Positions 50,046 to 62,452 of a stretch of 64,000 bases of DNA are shown here, piece after piece. The notes below the pieces were generated by a model that saw nothing but the letters and a program-made list of their open reading frames with translations, had not been told where the DNA came from and ran no database searches. The position numbers and the translations under genes were made by a program. The stretch lies in contig NC_045697.1 in the NCBI RefSeq assembly GCF_009834535.1, positions 71,488,001-71,552,000 on the forward strand. Reading direction: 5' to 3'. How positions within the stretch are numbered: the stretch's first letter is position 1; each line of letters begins with the position of its first letter. This DNA comes from Camelus ferus. Its lineage: Eukaryota.

Positions 50046-50990
50046 TGTAGCAGATGCTGCTGCTTAACATCCAAATCTTTTTTCTCTTTTCTCTTCTGCA
50101 CTAAGCCAGAGTTTCCAGCCTCCCTTGTGGTTAGTTATTGCCAAGCGACTGACCTCTGTAAAAGTAATATATACAACCTCTAGGCCTGGCCCATGAAACC
50201 TTTCCATATGCCCATCTCCGTGTTCTTTCTTGCCCCGGCAGCCAGTGTTGCCAACCCAAGTGATTTTAGAAACCATTAAATGCAGATGGGAGAGTCTCCA
50301 ATTCAATTTTCCTGCCAAATGACTGTGTAGGGTAGAGTGGAGAGCCTTCATGACGCTGCTCAACAGGAATCCCACATTGCCATGGAGACAGGACTGATGT
50401 ATGTGGTCCATTCCTCCATTGGTAGTCTTCATTGTGTTTATCCCTTCCATCCTCCACCATTATCAGACCGTAAGAATCCACATCTGGACCTGAAGGAGAG
50501 CAGTAAAGGTTATAAAGAAAAAATCTGAGTTTAGCTGGTTGAGACTTTGAATTGTCTGTCTTGAGAATGGCATGGGTATGTTCTAAATACAGAAAGAAGA
50601 ACACGCATGGATTGCGTGTGTTGGCAAGAGCCATGGCCAAGATTGCTTGCTGTCCACCAAAATCTTTCCCCCCATCTTCTTGGGCATACAGCTAGTTGAC
50701 CCTGACTGGCATCCTTGGCCATGTGGCCACATGACTAAGTTCCCACCTACAGAATGTGATTAGAAGTTATGCATACCACCTGCTGGCCTGGCTTATGACA
50801 ACTTCCTACATGTGCTTGTCAGTGATCTTTCCCCCTTCAGATTAACTTAGAGCCAAATCCCAAAGTGTGCTTGAAAATGATTTGTTTAAATTGGCAGAAT
50901 CTCCAGCATGATGCAGAGCTACTGCAGATTGGAAATCTCTGCCTCTGACGTCAAACTGTGACATGAGAAGGAAATACAGTTTCAGAGTGT
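50046..50990 (+). mobile_element. Two adjacent MaLR LTR relics (MLT1H/J-like), about 50046-50480 and 50630-50990
   Basis: tttccagcctcccttgtggttag; ggccacatgactaagttc; gaatgtgattagaagttatgcataccac; gacatgagaaggaaata. Confidence 0.7.
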
Positions 50991-51259
50991 TTTAAAATCC
51001 TTTTAGCTATCAAATAATGAGTTCTGTTGATTAAAGCTACTAACTTTTACTAGTACTTAAAAGCTTGTTACTGAAGTTTATTGTGTGTTATGTTCAAGTG
51101 GAACTCAAGTGTCAAGGATGTTTGGCTTATATACCAGTTTACAATATTAAAGCATTACATTTGTATATTATTCTTATGTTTCATAAATTCTATATTATTT
51201 AATTTCTACCATTATCCTTGGAAATAGGTATGGATTAGCATCCATATTTTAGAATGTTT

Positions 51260-51990
51260 TCATTATAAAAACATTTAAAGAACTCAGAAATCTAAGAAGT
51301 AAAACATACCACCAAGCAGAGATATCACATTAGCAACTAGTTATGTATGCAGTATTTTTGCTGCATTTTTAATGAAAGTGAAGTCAAATGCATGCAATTA
51401 GTTGGAATAAATCTACCTTTACTTAGCAATATATAACACTTTCCATGTCAATATTAATCTTCTATTCAACTTATTGAATATATGCTTAGTATTCTATTGT
51501 AGGGATTTGCTTAAAGTTATTTACCCAATCCCTTAATGTAGGACACTTAATTTTTTGTACAACTTGTCTCTCACTTAAAGAAATGTAATTATAAACAGTT
51601 TTATACATACATCTTTATGTCCTTGTCAATTGTTTCTTCAGTCTATCACAATATTGTTGTGATGCTTTAGCATATTGCTAAATTGTCCTAAGAAGGGCAC
51701 TAATATAAAGCCCTACCTTTATGTGGTATATTCTTTTATTCCCTTTCTAATACTAAGAATTATTAATCATTTTAATATAGGGCAATTGATATTTCATATC
51801 ACTTATTTTTTTCCTTTGAATTTTTGTATTAATACCGTTGAGCACCATTTGTCTTTTACAGGATGTCTGCACTTAACATGTTAAAAATTAGTTTACAGGT
51901 CATTCCCAAATGTCTTCAGATGTTTTTCTTTTCTAGTAATTTTATTTATTTTCTTAACTGGTTTACAGGAGTTCTTTATATTTTAGAGAT
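51260..51990 (-). mobile_element. L1ME-type 3' relic
   Basis: tttacccaatcccttaatgtaggacacttaa; catattgctaaattgtcct; ggagttctttatattttagagat. Confidence 0.7.
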
Positions 51991-52624
51991 AGTGAAATCT
52001 TTCTTTTGCTAATGACATCCTTGACTTACAGAAAGGAAAGGAAAGTTTGAGGAGGTTAATTGATGTGTCCAAGGTACACGTAGCAAAAATAATGACTGGA
52101 TGCTAGGTCTTCTGGTGCCAGTTTTTGGGTTTTGTTTTTAATTCACCTTCATCATTTCCTTTCTTAAAGGAAGTAATTAGAAATTCAATAATAGATGCAA
52201 GAATAATTGCATTTTGAGGATACATTCCTGCAGAAATAGTTTCAGGGTGCTTACTAAAGTAGATTATATGCTTCCCTATAGGAAACAAATATTTCTGGAT
52301 TTCTCCTAAAGCCCATGTGTCCGATATAATTCCTGGCATGTAGTAGATATCCTATAAATATTTGTGAATGGATGCATTAGTGTGCTGTATCCTGTGGTTA
52401 GAGAGATGAAAGACTGTCTCGGCATTCAAAAAACTCCCAATCTTGTGGCGTTAACAGATGAAAGATAGACAGAATAACCCAAAATGGGGTAAGTGTTATG
52501 ATGGAAATGAGCATGAACTCAATCTGATATCTAGTAAAGGTTAGGAATAATTGACAATGAGTCTCAAACCCCCTTCCTCAAATATATTATCTAGGAGCAC
52601 ATTGTCTTATCCGGTGACATTGTT

Positions 52625-52860
52625 CTTTAGTGAGAAGTAAGGAGGTAATGAAGAACATAGCGACTCTGGCGTCAGGTACACCAGGGTTTCAGACTGTTTG
52701 CAGCTTTAGGGCTTTCTGTCTGAATAGTTCTGAGTGAGGTAGCTTCTGTGAACCTGAGCTTTTTACCTGTTGCTGTCACTAACAATGTCTGTCTCGCAGG
52801 CCATTAGGAGGACTCAATGGCAATATGTTCAAAGTCCTTGCCTCTTAGAAGGTGCTCTAC
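52625..52860 (+). mobile_element. MIR SINE
   Basis: gactctggcgtcagg; gcttctgtgaacctgagctttttacctgt; ttaggaggactcaatgg. Confidence 0.65.
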
Positions 52861-54574
52861 ACACACTGGTTCTTTTCCATGTTCCTCAAAAAAAGTGTGT
52901 TGAAAATCACCCATCTGAAAGATTATCTGCCACTTTATGCTCATGTTTATACCTTTTTAAAAACTATTAATACTTTGTTGTCTTATCTTGACTTTACTTC
53001 TTAGTAGAGCTTTTGACAGTCAGCAGCAGACCCTTACCATGAGACTGTATACTTATGTCTCACACAATTTAGAGACAATTTAGAGGCAGAAAATATGTAC
53101 TAAGAGTTTAAATTCTTCAAAAATATCCACAGCACATGACTTTGATGTTCCCAAGAACATAGAAAGCATTAAATGATATATAAAACACCAAATGCTATGT
53201 AAGAGAAGTTATGAAAGTGCTGAAGAGATGAGTTTCAGTGGAGCTTACATGGTGTTACATTGCCTGCTCTTAAAATCATAATCTGATTTTCCAAGTGGGT
53301 GTTAGAGACACATTCTTGATTTGGATATACTATATAGAATACATAACCACTGGCAATTCTCTGAAGCTTGTTTGTGTTGAAATCTTGTATACGTCCCGCT
53401 GTGGGAGTGTGGCAGACAGGCCAATGTTCACATTTCCTGCAACATAACTATTCCAACTTCACAAGGAACTGGTCTCCCTTTCTCCTTTGGTACTTGATAG
53501 TAACTGATACTTGAACTAAGATCTCTTCTTATTTCTGTTACTTTTCCAGGAAATTTTGGACAACCCTGATTTATGTTATCAGTTACTTCTGGTACATGTT
53601 GTCATTCTAAAGAGGAATTTCAACAGTTTTACTTTTAGAAAGCATAGTGAGTGTTCTTGAAATCACTAGTTTACTAATTTAGTTGTGGAATAAAGAAAGA
53701 TGATTTTTAGAAAAAAGTTATAATCCTTTATCTTAAACTGTACTGGATTTATCAAGTATTTTATATTTAATGTTTTGTTAAGCTTCAGAAACCTTAATTG
53801 TCAGATTATTTGCTTCTTTCCTAAAGGAAAGCTCCTTTGAACTTCTTTTTTTAATATGGTGAGAGTATAAGAGTTATAACAGGATCTAGAGCTAAAGGAA
53901 TATTTCAACAATTGTATATACAAATATAAAAATATGACAGGCTATCTTTTCATACCTTTGAAATATTTTTCCTCAGGAAATTCCATTTTGTGGTTCAAAC
54001 TAATTTAATTGACAATAGCCTCAATGCCTCAGATTTGTGAAGACTACGCTGATATTTATGAAACAAGATAATATTATGAAACTTTCCTTCAAAAACAAGT
54101 TAGAAATTTGTTATGGTTCCTTTATTTGAAGATAGCAAAATGCATTCCTTTAATGACATAAAATGAAAAAACTCAATTACTGAAGCAAGTGACAAGATTT
54201 TCTCTATAATTCTGGTAAGGAGAGAGTTTCAGAAATAGAAATAGAATGTAACATTTCTTTTCCTTTCACCATTACCAACACGCAGTACAAAGAAGTATAA
54301 ACAAGTAATAATCATAATGCAATCAATCAGAGCAGTACAGAGACCGTTTATCCATGTGTAAATTTTCCTCTCATTATAATAAAAACCCCATCCAATTTTC
54401 TCTGTAATACAAGAATTAGCTTTTCCTCACAGTCTATTTGTCTTTTCTAATCTGAACTTGAGTCCCTTTTTCACAAATTAAAAAGAGTAGATAGGTACGG
54501 GGAAGAGCCGAATCCCAGTACAAAGCAGTTGACTTGTCCTGGGCACCACCGAGAACGGGTGGACAAGAGGGACT

Positions 54575-55860
54575 CTGAAAACTTTGCAAGAGAAATCATC
54601 AAAAATCAGGTACAAAGAAAAGTATAACAAAAAATTAAGATGAGAGTCTCTGACCTAAGGGACAATATCAGGTCGTCTACCATGTATGTAACTTGCGTCC
54701 CAGAAGAGGGGTTGGGAGAACGGGAGTCAGAAAAATGTAGAGATTATGAGATGCTGGAACATTTCCAAATGTTATTAAATCTATAAACCCGCAGATCCAA
54801 GAAGTGCAGTAAACATCAAGAAGCAGAAACAGAATAAAGTCACAGAAAACAAATTGTAGTCAAATTTACTTTTTTTTTTTTTTTTTTTGGTTGCTCTATA
54901 CCCGCTTTATTTGTAACTGCCAAAACTTGGAAGCAACCAAGATGTCCCTCAGCAGGTAAACGAATAAATAAACTGTGGTCCATCCAGATAATGGAATATT
55001 ATTTAACACTAAACAGAAAAGGCTATCAAGCCATGAAAAGACATGAGGAACCTCAGATGCATATTGCTAAGTAAAAGAAGCATAGCATATGATTCCAACT
55101 ATATGATATTCTGAAAAGGCAAAACTATGGAGATGATAAAAAAGGTCAGTGATTGTCAGGGGTTGGGAGTGTGGGAGAAATGAATAGTTGGAGCACAGTG
55201 GATTTTTAGGGCAATGGACATACTCAGTATGATATGATAATAACGGATGTTTGTCATTATACATTTGTGCAAACCCACAGCCTACACAACACCAGTAGTG
55301 AACCCTCAGGAAAGTATGGACTTTGGGTGATAATGATGTGTCAGTGTAGATTTAACAATGACAATAAATATACCACTCCTGTTGCTAATGGTGGGGGCTA
55401 CACATGTGTGGGGGCTGGGGGCATATGGAAAATCTCTGTGACTTCCTTTCAATTTTGCTGTGACCCTAAAATTGCTCTAAAAATATAAAAGTCTGAAAAA
55501 ATTATTTCTGAAATATATGCAGGAAAATGATATTTAAATATGTAAATGCCTGCATTTGTAAGGTGATTTCACTGTTTCTTAGCTATTTAACCTAGAATGA
55601 ACTTTTCACCATTTATTTTCTCATCTTGTGAGTGGCAATTGTGGGAGCTCCGAGCAGAGCTGACTTCTTGGGCGTACAATCTGAAATTCACTGTATCGTT
55701 TAGTGATTAAAAAGAAAACACTTAAGGAATCTATGAAAAAATGGTATATTACATACAGAAACACAAATAAAATAGTGACCATAGATTTCACCTCAGAAAT
55801 GCAAGCCAGAAGCATGCTATCATTCAAGCCTTGAAAGAAACTGTCAACCCATAATTCTTT
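54575..55860 (+). mobile_element. Old L1 ORF1 relic split into two parts (54575-54868 and about 55708-55860)
   Basis: gacctaagggacaatatcagg; ctataaacccgcagatccaagaag; then gatttcacctcagaaatgcaagccagaag..aaactgtcaaccc. Confidence 0.75.
54896..55497 (+). mobile_element. L1MC1-like 3' fragment nested in the older L1 ORF1
   Basis: gccaaaacttggaagcaaccaagatgtccctcag...tatggactttgggtgataatgatgtgtcagtgtag...ttttgctgtgaccctaaaattgctctaaaaa. Confidence 0.9.
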
Positions 55861-55864
55861 TTCC

Positions 55865-56595
55865 TACAGTTTCTTACAAAGCTTAGTAGTTTTACTGTAT
55901 GATCTGTCAATCATGATGCTCGATATTTACCCAATTGATTTGGACATTTATATCTACATAAAATCCTGCTCACCAATGCTTACAGTCTCTTTATTCATAA
56001 GCACCAAAACCTAGAAGCAGCCAAGATGTACTTTAACAGATAAAAGGATAAACAAACTGTGGTACATACATACAATGGAATATTATTCAGTGATAAAAGA
56101 AATGAGTTATCAAACTGTGACAAGCCATGAAGGAACCTTAAATGCATATTATTAAGTGAAAAAAAACAATCTGAAAAGCTGCATACAGAATTATTGCAAC
56201 TATGTGATATTCTGGAAAAGGCAGAACTATAAAGATGGTAAAAAGATCACTGGTTGCTAGATATTTTGTAAGTAGTGTAGGGTAGACTAAGGATGAATAG
56301 ATAAAGAAGCAGAAAGGATTGTTAGGATGGGGAAAATGTTCTGTCACTATAATGGTGGATACAAAACACTATGTATTTGCTAAAGCCCATAGGAGTGTAT
56401 GATGCAGAAAAGTGACCCTTAATGTAAATTACGTACTTCAGCAGTAATAGTATATCAATATTGGCTTATTAGTTGTAATAAATGTTCCACACTAATGCAA
56501 GCTCTTAGGATTTGGGAAAACTATATATATTATGGGGGAGTATATGGGAATTCTATGGACAATATGCTTTTACTTTAAATACATTTTAAAAATAA
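55865..56595 (+). mobile_element. L1MC/L1MD-like 3' fragment
   Basis: cagtttcttacaaagct; ggataaacaaactgtggtacat; gtgacccttaatgtaaattac. Confidence 0.85.
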
Positions 56596-57174
56596 GTGGA
56601 AATGATATTTTTAAGTTCACTGCACTAGAATGGGGAAGGTAAGGATAATTAACGTCCCTTAAATTTTAATAAAACTTTTCCATAAATCCATCAGAGTTTG
56701 ATTTCTTATGTATACTTTGATTATAGATCCAAGATCTGTGAAAACCATTTATCTGTTAAAGGTTTCTATTAGAGAAAGTTTTGGTAATTTATGCTTTTCA
56801 AAAAAACCAAAAAAAAACAAAAAAACAAAAGAAGACAACAACACAAAATAAGAAACTTCTACTCTTTCAAATATTCCAAACAGAAAATGAAAAGCAAGCT
56901 TTAAAAGAGTTTCTAATCTGATAGGGAAATAAGAAAAACTGAAAAGTAGTCTCAGACTTAAAGTACTAGCTGGATGAAAACTCAAAGGCCAGCACATGAA
57001 GCTTCAATCTTCAAGTCTGGAACACAAGGGCACTCTAGCTGTCAGAAAGTGTGATGATTTCTATAGATACAGGTGTAGACTTTGGAGAAAATTACCCAGT
57101 ATTCCATCATCCTTTTGATTAAATTGAGTTCTATTTATTTTCATAAATAATAATAAGAAATTAAAAAATATAAA

Positions 57175-57430
57175 TACTAAAAAATAAGTAATAGCTAACA
57201 TGTATAGTTACTTGAAACAGGTACTCATGCTAATTGATTTAAATGCATGGTTGCCTTATCTCATTTTATTCCTGAAGTTTTATAAAATACCCACTCTATG
57301 GTTATGCCCAGTTTGTGGATGAGAAATGGAACTTTCAAGAGGTTCTATACGTGTTTAAGAAAACACATTTATAAAAGTAGTAGAAATGTCATTCAAGACT
57401 GGGAAGGCTGAGCCCAAAGCCACTGTCCCT
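57175..57430 (-). mobile_element. MIR SINE
   Basis: aatagctaacat; cccagtttgtggatgagaaatgga; cccaaagccact. Confidence 0.6.
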
Positions 57431-60274
57431 AAATGACAGCTCATTGCTACCACTCCTTATGGCAAATGATCAGGCTTGCTCACTTGAGAGGAGAGGCTGT
57501 AATAGAGAATGAGTCCTGGCATTAGGGAAAACAGATGTTGTAAAATTTTAACTTCCAAAGAGTAAAGCCATATTGTATATATCAAAAATTTAATATGGGA
57601 ACAAACACAATAAACACACATTAATTGTTTTGGGAAATTGTGTTCAGCATTGCTTTGGGTTTTCCTTTTTAATGTTCTCAACCCAGTGTTTCCTATAAAT
57701 TGTCATTGAGTAAAAGTTTTAACCGATACTTCTAGATGAAGTCCTGTCTCCAAAAGTATATAACGAATTAACTTTATCAGATTACTAAAATATAATACAG
57801 CGTTGAATTTTCAAGTTGACATATATGCAAATGAAGCACACTGTATTTCAGGTCTATTTCAATTGTCTTTGTTCTGGCTCTATAATCTTCCATTATCCAT
57901 AATTTTATGGTATATTATGATAGTTCATAACACAAAGGGTCCCAAAGTTATCAACTTAGTGAGTGATCCTCTTTGTCACTTATGAAGATTTAATGTATTT
58001 ATATGCTTTCCTCCAGACTGATAATGAAAAGTAGAATAATAACTATTGAGAATAAACTCTTAATAAATAAGCCACTTGGTAACTTTCTGTGCAAGTTGAA
58101 TTTTAAATTTTTTTTTTTGCAGTGCTTAACAAATAATTAGATTTTTTTAGATACATCAAAACCTTGATTGCCAAGAAGGATTATTGGACAAACTTAGATA
58201 TTATTCACTTTATAAAGAAGATCCTATCTGTTTTTTAATTACAAAAAAAAAATAAAAATTTCAATAAACTTCTCAATTCAGATGTAATGAAGTACTTCAT
58301 TTAAAAAAACTTTTAATTTAAAAAATGGTGTATTTCATACAAATTACTTTTCCCTCAACTTTCGCTGCTTCTAATTATGCTGAAAAGGAAATTTTCTATT
58401 CCTCATACCAGAGTTGTCTTTTAAGGTTCAGTCAGATAACATTTTCAGGTAGCTTTGACAGCAAATAAGATGTATAAAAAACTGATAATCAAGGTGTCAG
58501 TAAAACTAGGGAAATATAGTCTGTATAATTTTAGTCATTTGGAAACTGTTAGATTTCTGAATTGTTAAAAATCCAAGCTTCAACTTCCTCTCTCTTCTTT
58601 GCTGGTCTCTGTCCAGGAACAGATAAATGAGGGGAAACCCAAATACATTTTTTTTTCAAAATTTTATTTTTCTTACATTTCATTGTCTTTTCCAGCCATG
58701 TGTCACCACTTATGTGTCTTTTTCTGTAAACTCTGGGTGATTTAACTCCTCAGAGAAAGTACATTAGCTTCACTAAGGTCTTATCATTGTGTATTTTTTG
58801 TCTACCCAGACTTGGTGCTTTTGTTCTGATTCCTGGTGGCCTCAGCCTGGATTTAGTCTTCTTTTTGAGTCCTACTTCCTGTCTGTCTGTCTACAGCTTG
58901 ACTTCCTCTTTGCTGCCCCCTCACCTGTTGGGTCCTCATAGTTACTGACTATATGGATGCTTCTGTGCATCCATGTTGCATCTGTGTTTGCCCAGATTCT
59001 GGACCTTTGCTTCTGTTTGGGCCATTAAGCTTTTGGCTCTTTTCTAATGGTTTCCTTTCTGGGATGCTCCCCTTGCCATTACTCATGGACTCACTGCCTG
59101 TCTCTTTGCTCTTACAAATTACATTCCTAGGAGAAATCCTAGAAAAAGCTTAATGGGAAAAGGAATGTTGAAAGTAAGAGTTATCACAGATAAAGCAACT
59201 GTCTAGTTTTGATCCATAAAGCTGTTTGTGACTTTGGATGAAAATGATGCCAGTTGAAATTGTAGTCATTTCCACCCCAGCTGGAAGCACCAGATTCCTG
59301 AAAATATCCCATGCTAGCAAAACATGTAGTTAGGAAATATAAGAATTTATGGAGAAAAATCAACAGTACGGGATTAGGCATCATATTTGAAAGCTTTTAG
59401 AGTATTAAAATAAGAATATTCATGAAAAGATAACATGCTAAATCAAATAATGTTGGTGACTTTTATATGTACATAAAATATATATAATTTATATATATAT
59501 TATATATATATATATCAGATGGCAAAAATGCAAAATTAATTTCCATTTATCATCTGTTGTTTTCTAGAAAATGTAAAGGTCTATTCTCCTAAAGTCTACA
59601 TATACTTTTCATAAAATTTTTCTGTTCATAAGTTTTTTTTCTAAGATATTAGAAGATTCCTTTTTTTTCCCTATGTCTTTTTTCCAAATATTCAGTGCTT
59701 GTACCAGCTCTGATCTTCAAGAGTGGGCACTTAAAGTGCCTTTATCAATAGTCTTAAGCCAATTTTACTATTTCTTATTATGAATTTATCCTCCAATTCA
59801 ACAGTACAGTTCCCTCCTTAATTCTGTGATAATAGCCTCAAATAATATCCTAGTAGATGGACTGACTTTCTACCTTTTTCCCCTTCTGCATGATTCTGGA
59901 CTGTAATAACCTGCTTCTAGACTATTATTTTCAAGATGTGGTCTTATCTTGCTTTCTCCAGATACTCCCTGAGCCTCCTCTCTGCTGTCATATGTCCCAT
60001 TTGACACTGCTTCCATGACTGCTGAGATAGTCACACATCATCTCCACCAAGACTCCGTGACCTCCTTCCTTCCTCATTATTATCTCTTTCTCTGTTGCAA
60101 CTCCTTTCCCAACAATAGCTGAAGGGCACACCAATGTCTTCAGATCACCCTGGATTCAGCCTGCAGCCATGAGAGAACACAGGCTCCACCCAGCGGGAAG
60201 ATAAGATGAAAAATTAGTCACCATCCCCGTTTTCCAACATGCACAAAATTCTTAGACAGGAGCTGAGTCTGGCT

Positions 60275-60436
60275 TTCACCATGTTTCAGTGATGTGGAAG
60301 TGGGGATGAAAAAGAGGATGAATTCAGCTTTTATTTAGGAGGTTTATTTGACGGAACTTGGTGATTTTTCAGTGAGGGAAAGGGAGAAGTTGAAGATGAC
60401 TCAGGGTTCTGGTTTGGGGAACTGGGCGGATACTGG
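60275..60436 (-). mobile_element. L2 segment in inverted orientation
   Basis: gggaaagggagaagttgaagatgactcagggttctggtttggggaactgggcggat is antisense L2. Confidence 0.75.
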
Positions 60437-60950
60437 CTCACCATTTTTCATCTGGACTGTTGCAATGACTTCCTAATTAGTCTTGCCCTTGTCTAACCTT
60501 ATATTTATTATCTTTCTAAATCACATATTTTGTTATGTCTCCTCCCTGCATTGAAATCTTCCATGACTTCATATTAAACTGCAGGATAAAGTCTAAAATT
60601 TTTATAATAGCTGAGTTCCCCACAATCCAATATTCAGCTCAGTGTCCTGTCACACATGCATCATCCTACTCTGATCAGTCATCTCCTAAGTGCACACTTT
60701 CACATCTCTCTGCCTTTGAACATGGCATTGTGTCTGTCTGGAATGTTCTTACCACTATCACTGCCTAGAAAAGTCCTGATCATCTTTCAAGGTCAAATTG
60801 AAGTACCACCTGCTTCGTAGAAGTGGAGTCTTCTCTGCAATCTAGTATCACAATGTGTAGAACTGTATTATCGGTCTTTTGATACTGCATCACAATTATT
60901 TCCTTACATATTTCCACCATTAAAATGCAGTGTAATTCATGTGAGACGTT
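60437..60950 (+). mobile_element. L2 3' portion
   Basis: caccatttttcatctggactgttgcaatgacttcctaa; gcaggataaagtctaaa; tgcctttgaacatg..ctggaatgttctt; catctttcaaggtcaa. Confidence 0.8.
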
Positions 60951-61572
60951 TCTAATCTTATTGTAAGATGGAGATTATGGACAGCTTTTACTGATTACTT
61001 TTATGGGTTCAAAATTCTCAAAAATTAAGTAATATATAATTTTATGTGCTTAATGTAACAATAAACATTTATAGAATCATTTATTGTCACATGTATTTTG
61101 GATGTTGCTGTTTGCTAAAGGACATAAGAATAGAGGCACTGATGGTGGGGGGTTGGGTATTCTCTGGACATTTCAAAGAGAAGCCACCATGCTGGAGGAG
61201 CACCTACTCTGTCTTGTGTGGCTGGATTCTGAGAAGTAATAGGGTTAATTTGCACCTGCACAGTGTGAAGTAAAGGTGAGTTGAAGCAAAAATTCATGTC
61301 CAAGAAAAACAGGTCAATAGTTAAGAAAAATGAAAGTCAGAGTTTGCAAATGAGATGAGAGAATTAGAGGAAGTGGCTTTAAATGTGTAAAAACATGAGT
61401 TTGTGCTAGGAGAGATATCCCTGAAACTTCTGGGAGAGGAAGCCATTTATAGAATGTCTGTGGCCCCGCTTATGGACGGAAGGGAGTGGGCTGCTTAACT
61501 GGTCCCATAGTTCATAGCAGGTCAAGGGTGACGCTTCTCTGGGTCTTTTTGCAGGCAGTAGGCTTCATTTCT

Positions 61573-61766
61573 TTTTTCTTTCCTTTTTCAGCTTTTTTTT
61601 TTTTTTTTTTTGGTGGGGGAAGGAGGTAATTAGGTTTACCTATTTTTTATTTCTTATTTTTAAATTTTTATTTATTATTTCTCTTTAATACTGTACTGAG
61701 GATTGAACCCGGGAACTCATGCATGCTAAGCATACCCTCTACCACTGAGCTAGACAGTCCCCTCCC
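61573..61766 (-). mobile_element. tRNA(Ala)-derived camelid SINE (Vic-1 type) with a long A-rich tail
   Basis: Sense strand reads gggaggggactgtctagctcagtggtagagggtatgcttagcatgcatgagttcccgggttcaatcctcagtac...aaacctaattacctcc. Perfect 13-bp TSD aggcttcatttct (61560-72 / 61767-79). Confidence 0.9.
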
Positions 61767-61829
61767 AGGCTTCATTTCTCGTGGCTAAAAGTGCTATGAC
61801 TATGATTTTCAGTCAGTTTCACACTTGTA

Positions 61830-62195
61830 TACATAGAAATACAGAGGGAGAGAGGGACAGAGAGATTGATTTAGTACAAGGAATTAGCTCATGCAGTTAT
61901 GGGAGCTGGCAAGTCTGGAATGTGTAGGGCAGACCAGCAGGCTGGAAGCTCTCCAGCAGGAGTCTTGAGACAGAGTTTCTTCTTCTCTGGGAAACCTCAG
62001 TTTTTGCCTGTGAAACCTGTCACCTAATTGGATGTGACCCACTCACATCCTTGAGGGTAATTTCTTTTACTTAAAGTCAACTAATTGTAGATGTCAACCT
62101 CATCTATGGAACACCTTCACAACAACACATGTATTGGTGTTTAATTAAACAAGTGGGTGCCATAGCCTACCTAGTTCACACATAAAACTATCACA
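61830..62195 (-). mobile_element. MLT2 (MLT2D-like) ERVL LTR
   Basis: aaggaattagctcatgcagttatgggagctggcaagtc; cttttacttaaagtcaact; minus-strand start tgtgatagttttatgtgtg. Confidence 0.9.
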
Positions 62196-62452
62196 GTTCA
62201 CCCCTTGTCTATTTGGTGCATATACACATATCCTTAAACCAATAAATCTCCAGTTAAAGAGAGTAACAAAGTCATACTCCAGCCTAACACGGTAACTATC
62301 CTGCATACAACCAAATACACGTTTTCCCCAGAAAAGGATATAAAGTCCTTCGGTGATGTCCCTTATCAACATCTTAGAACTTAATACTATGATGTAAAAT
62401 TTATTATTAAGACATGTTATATGATAAGGGGACAAGGGAGGAAATAAAACAG
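62196..62452 (-). mobile_element. ERVL internal 3' end including the polypurine tract
   Basis: Minus strand reads gacaaggggtgaac directly before the LTR TG, as at ERVL/MLT2 junctions. Confidence 0.8.

Noticed and set aside
53064..53085. Short tandem duplication acaatttagag x2 (similar at ~32351 and ~6932)
   Set aside because: Ordinary replication-slippage duplications.
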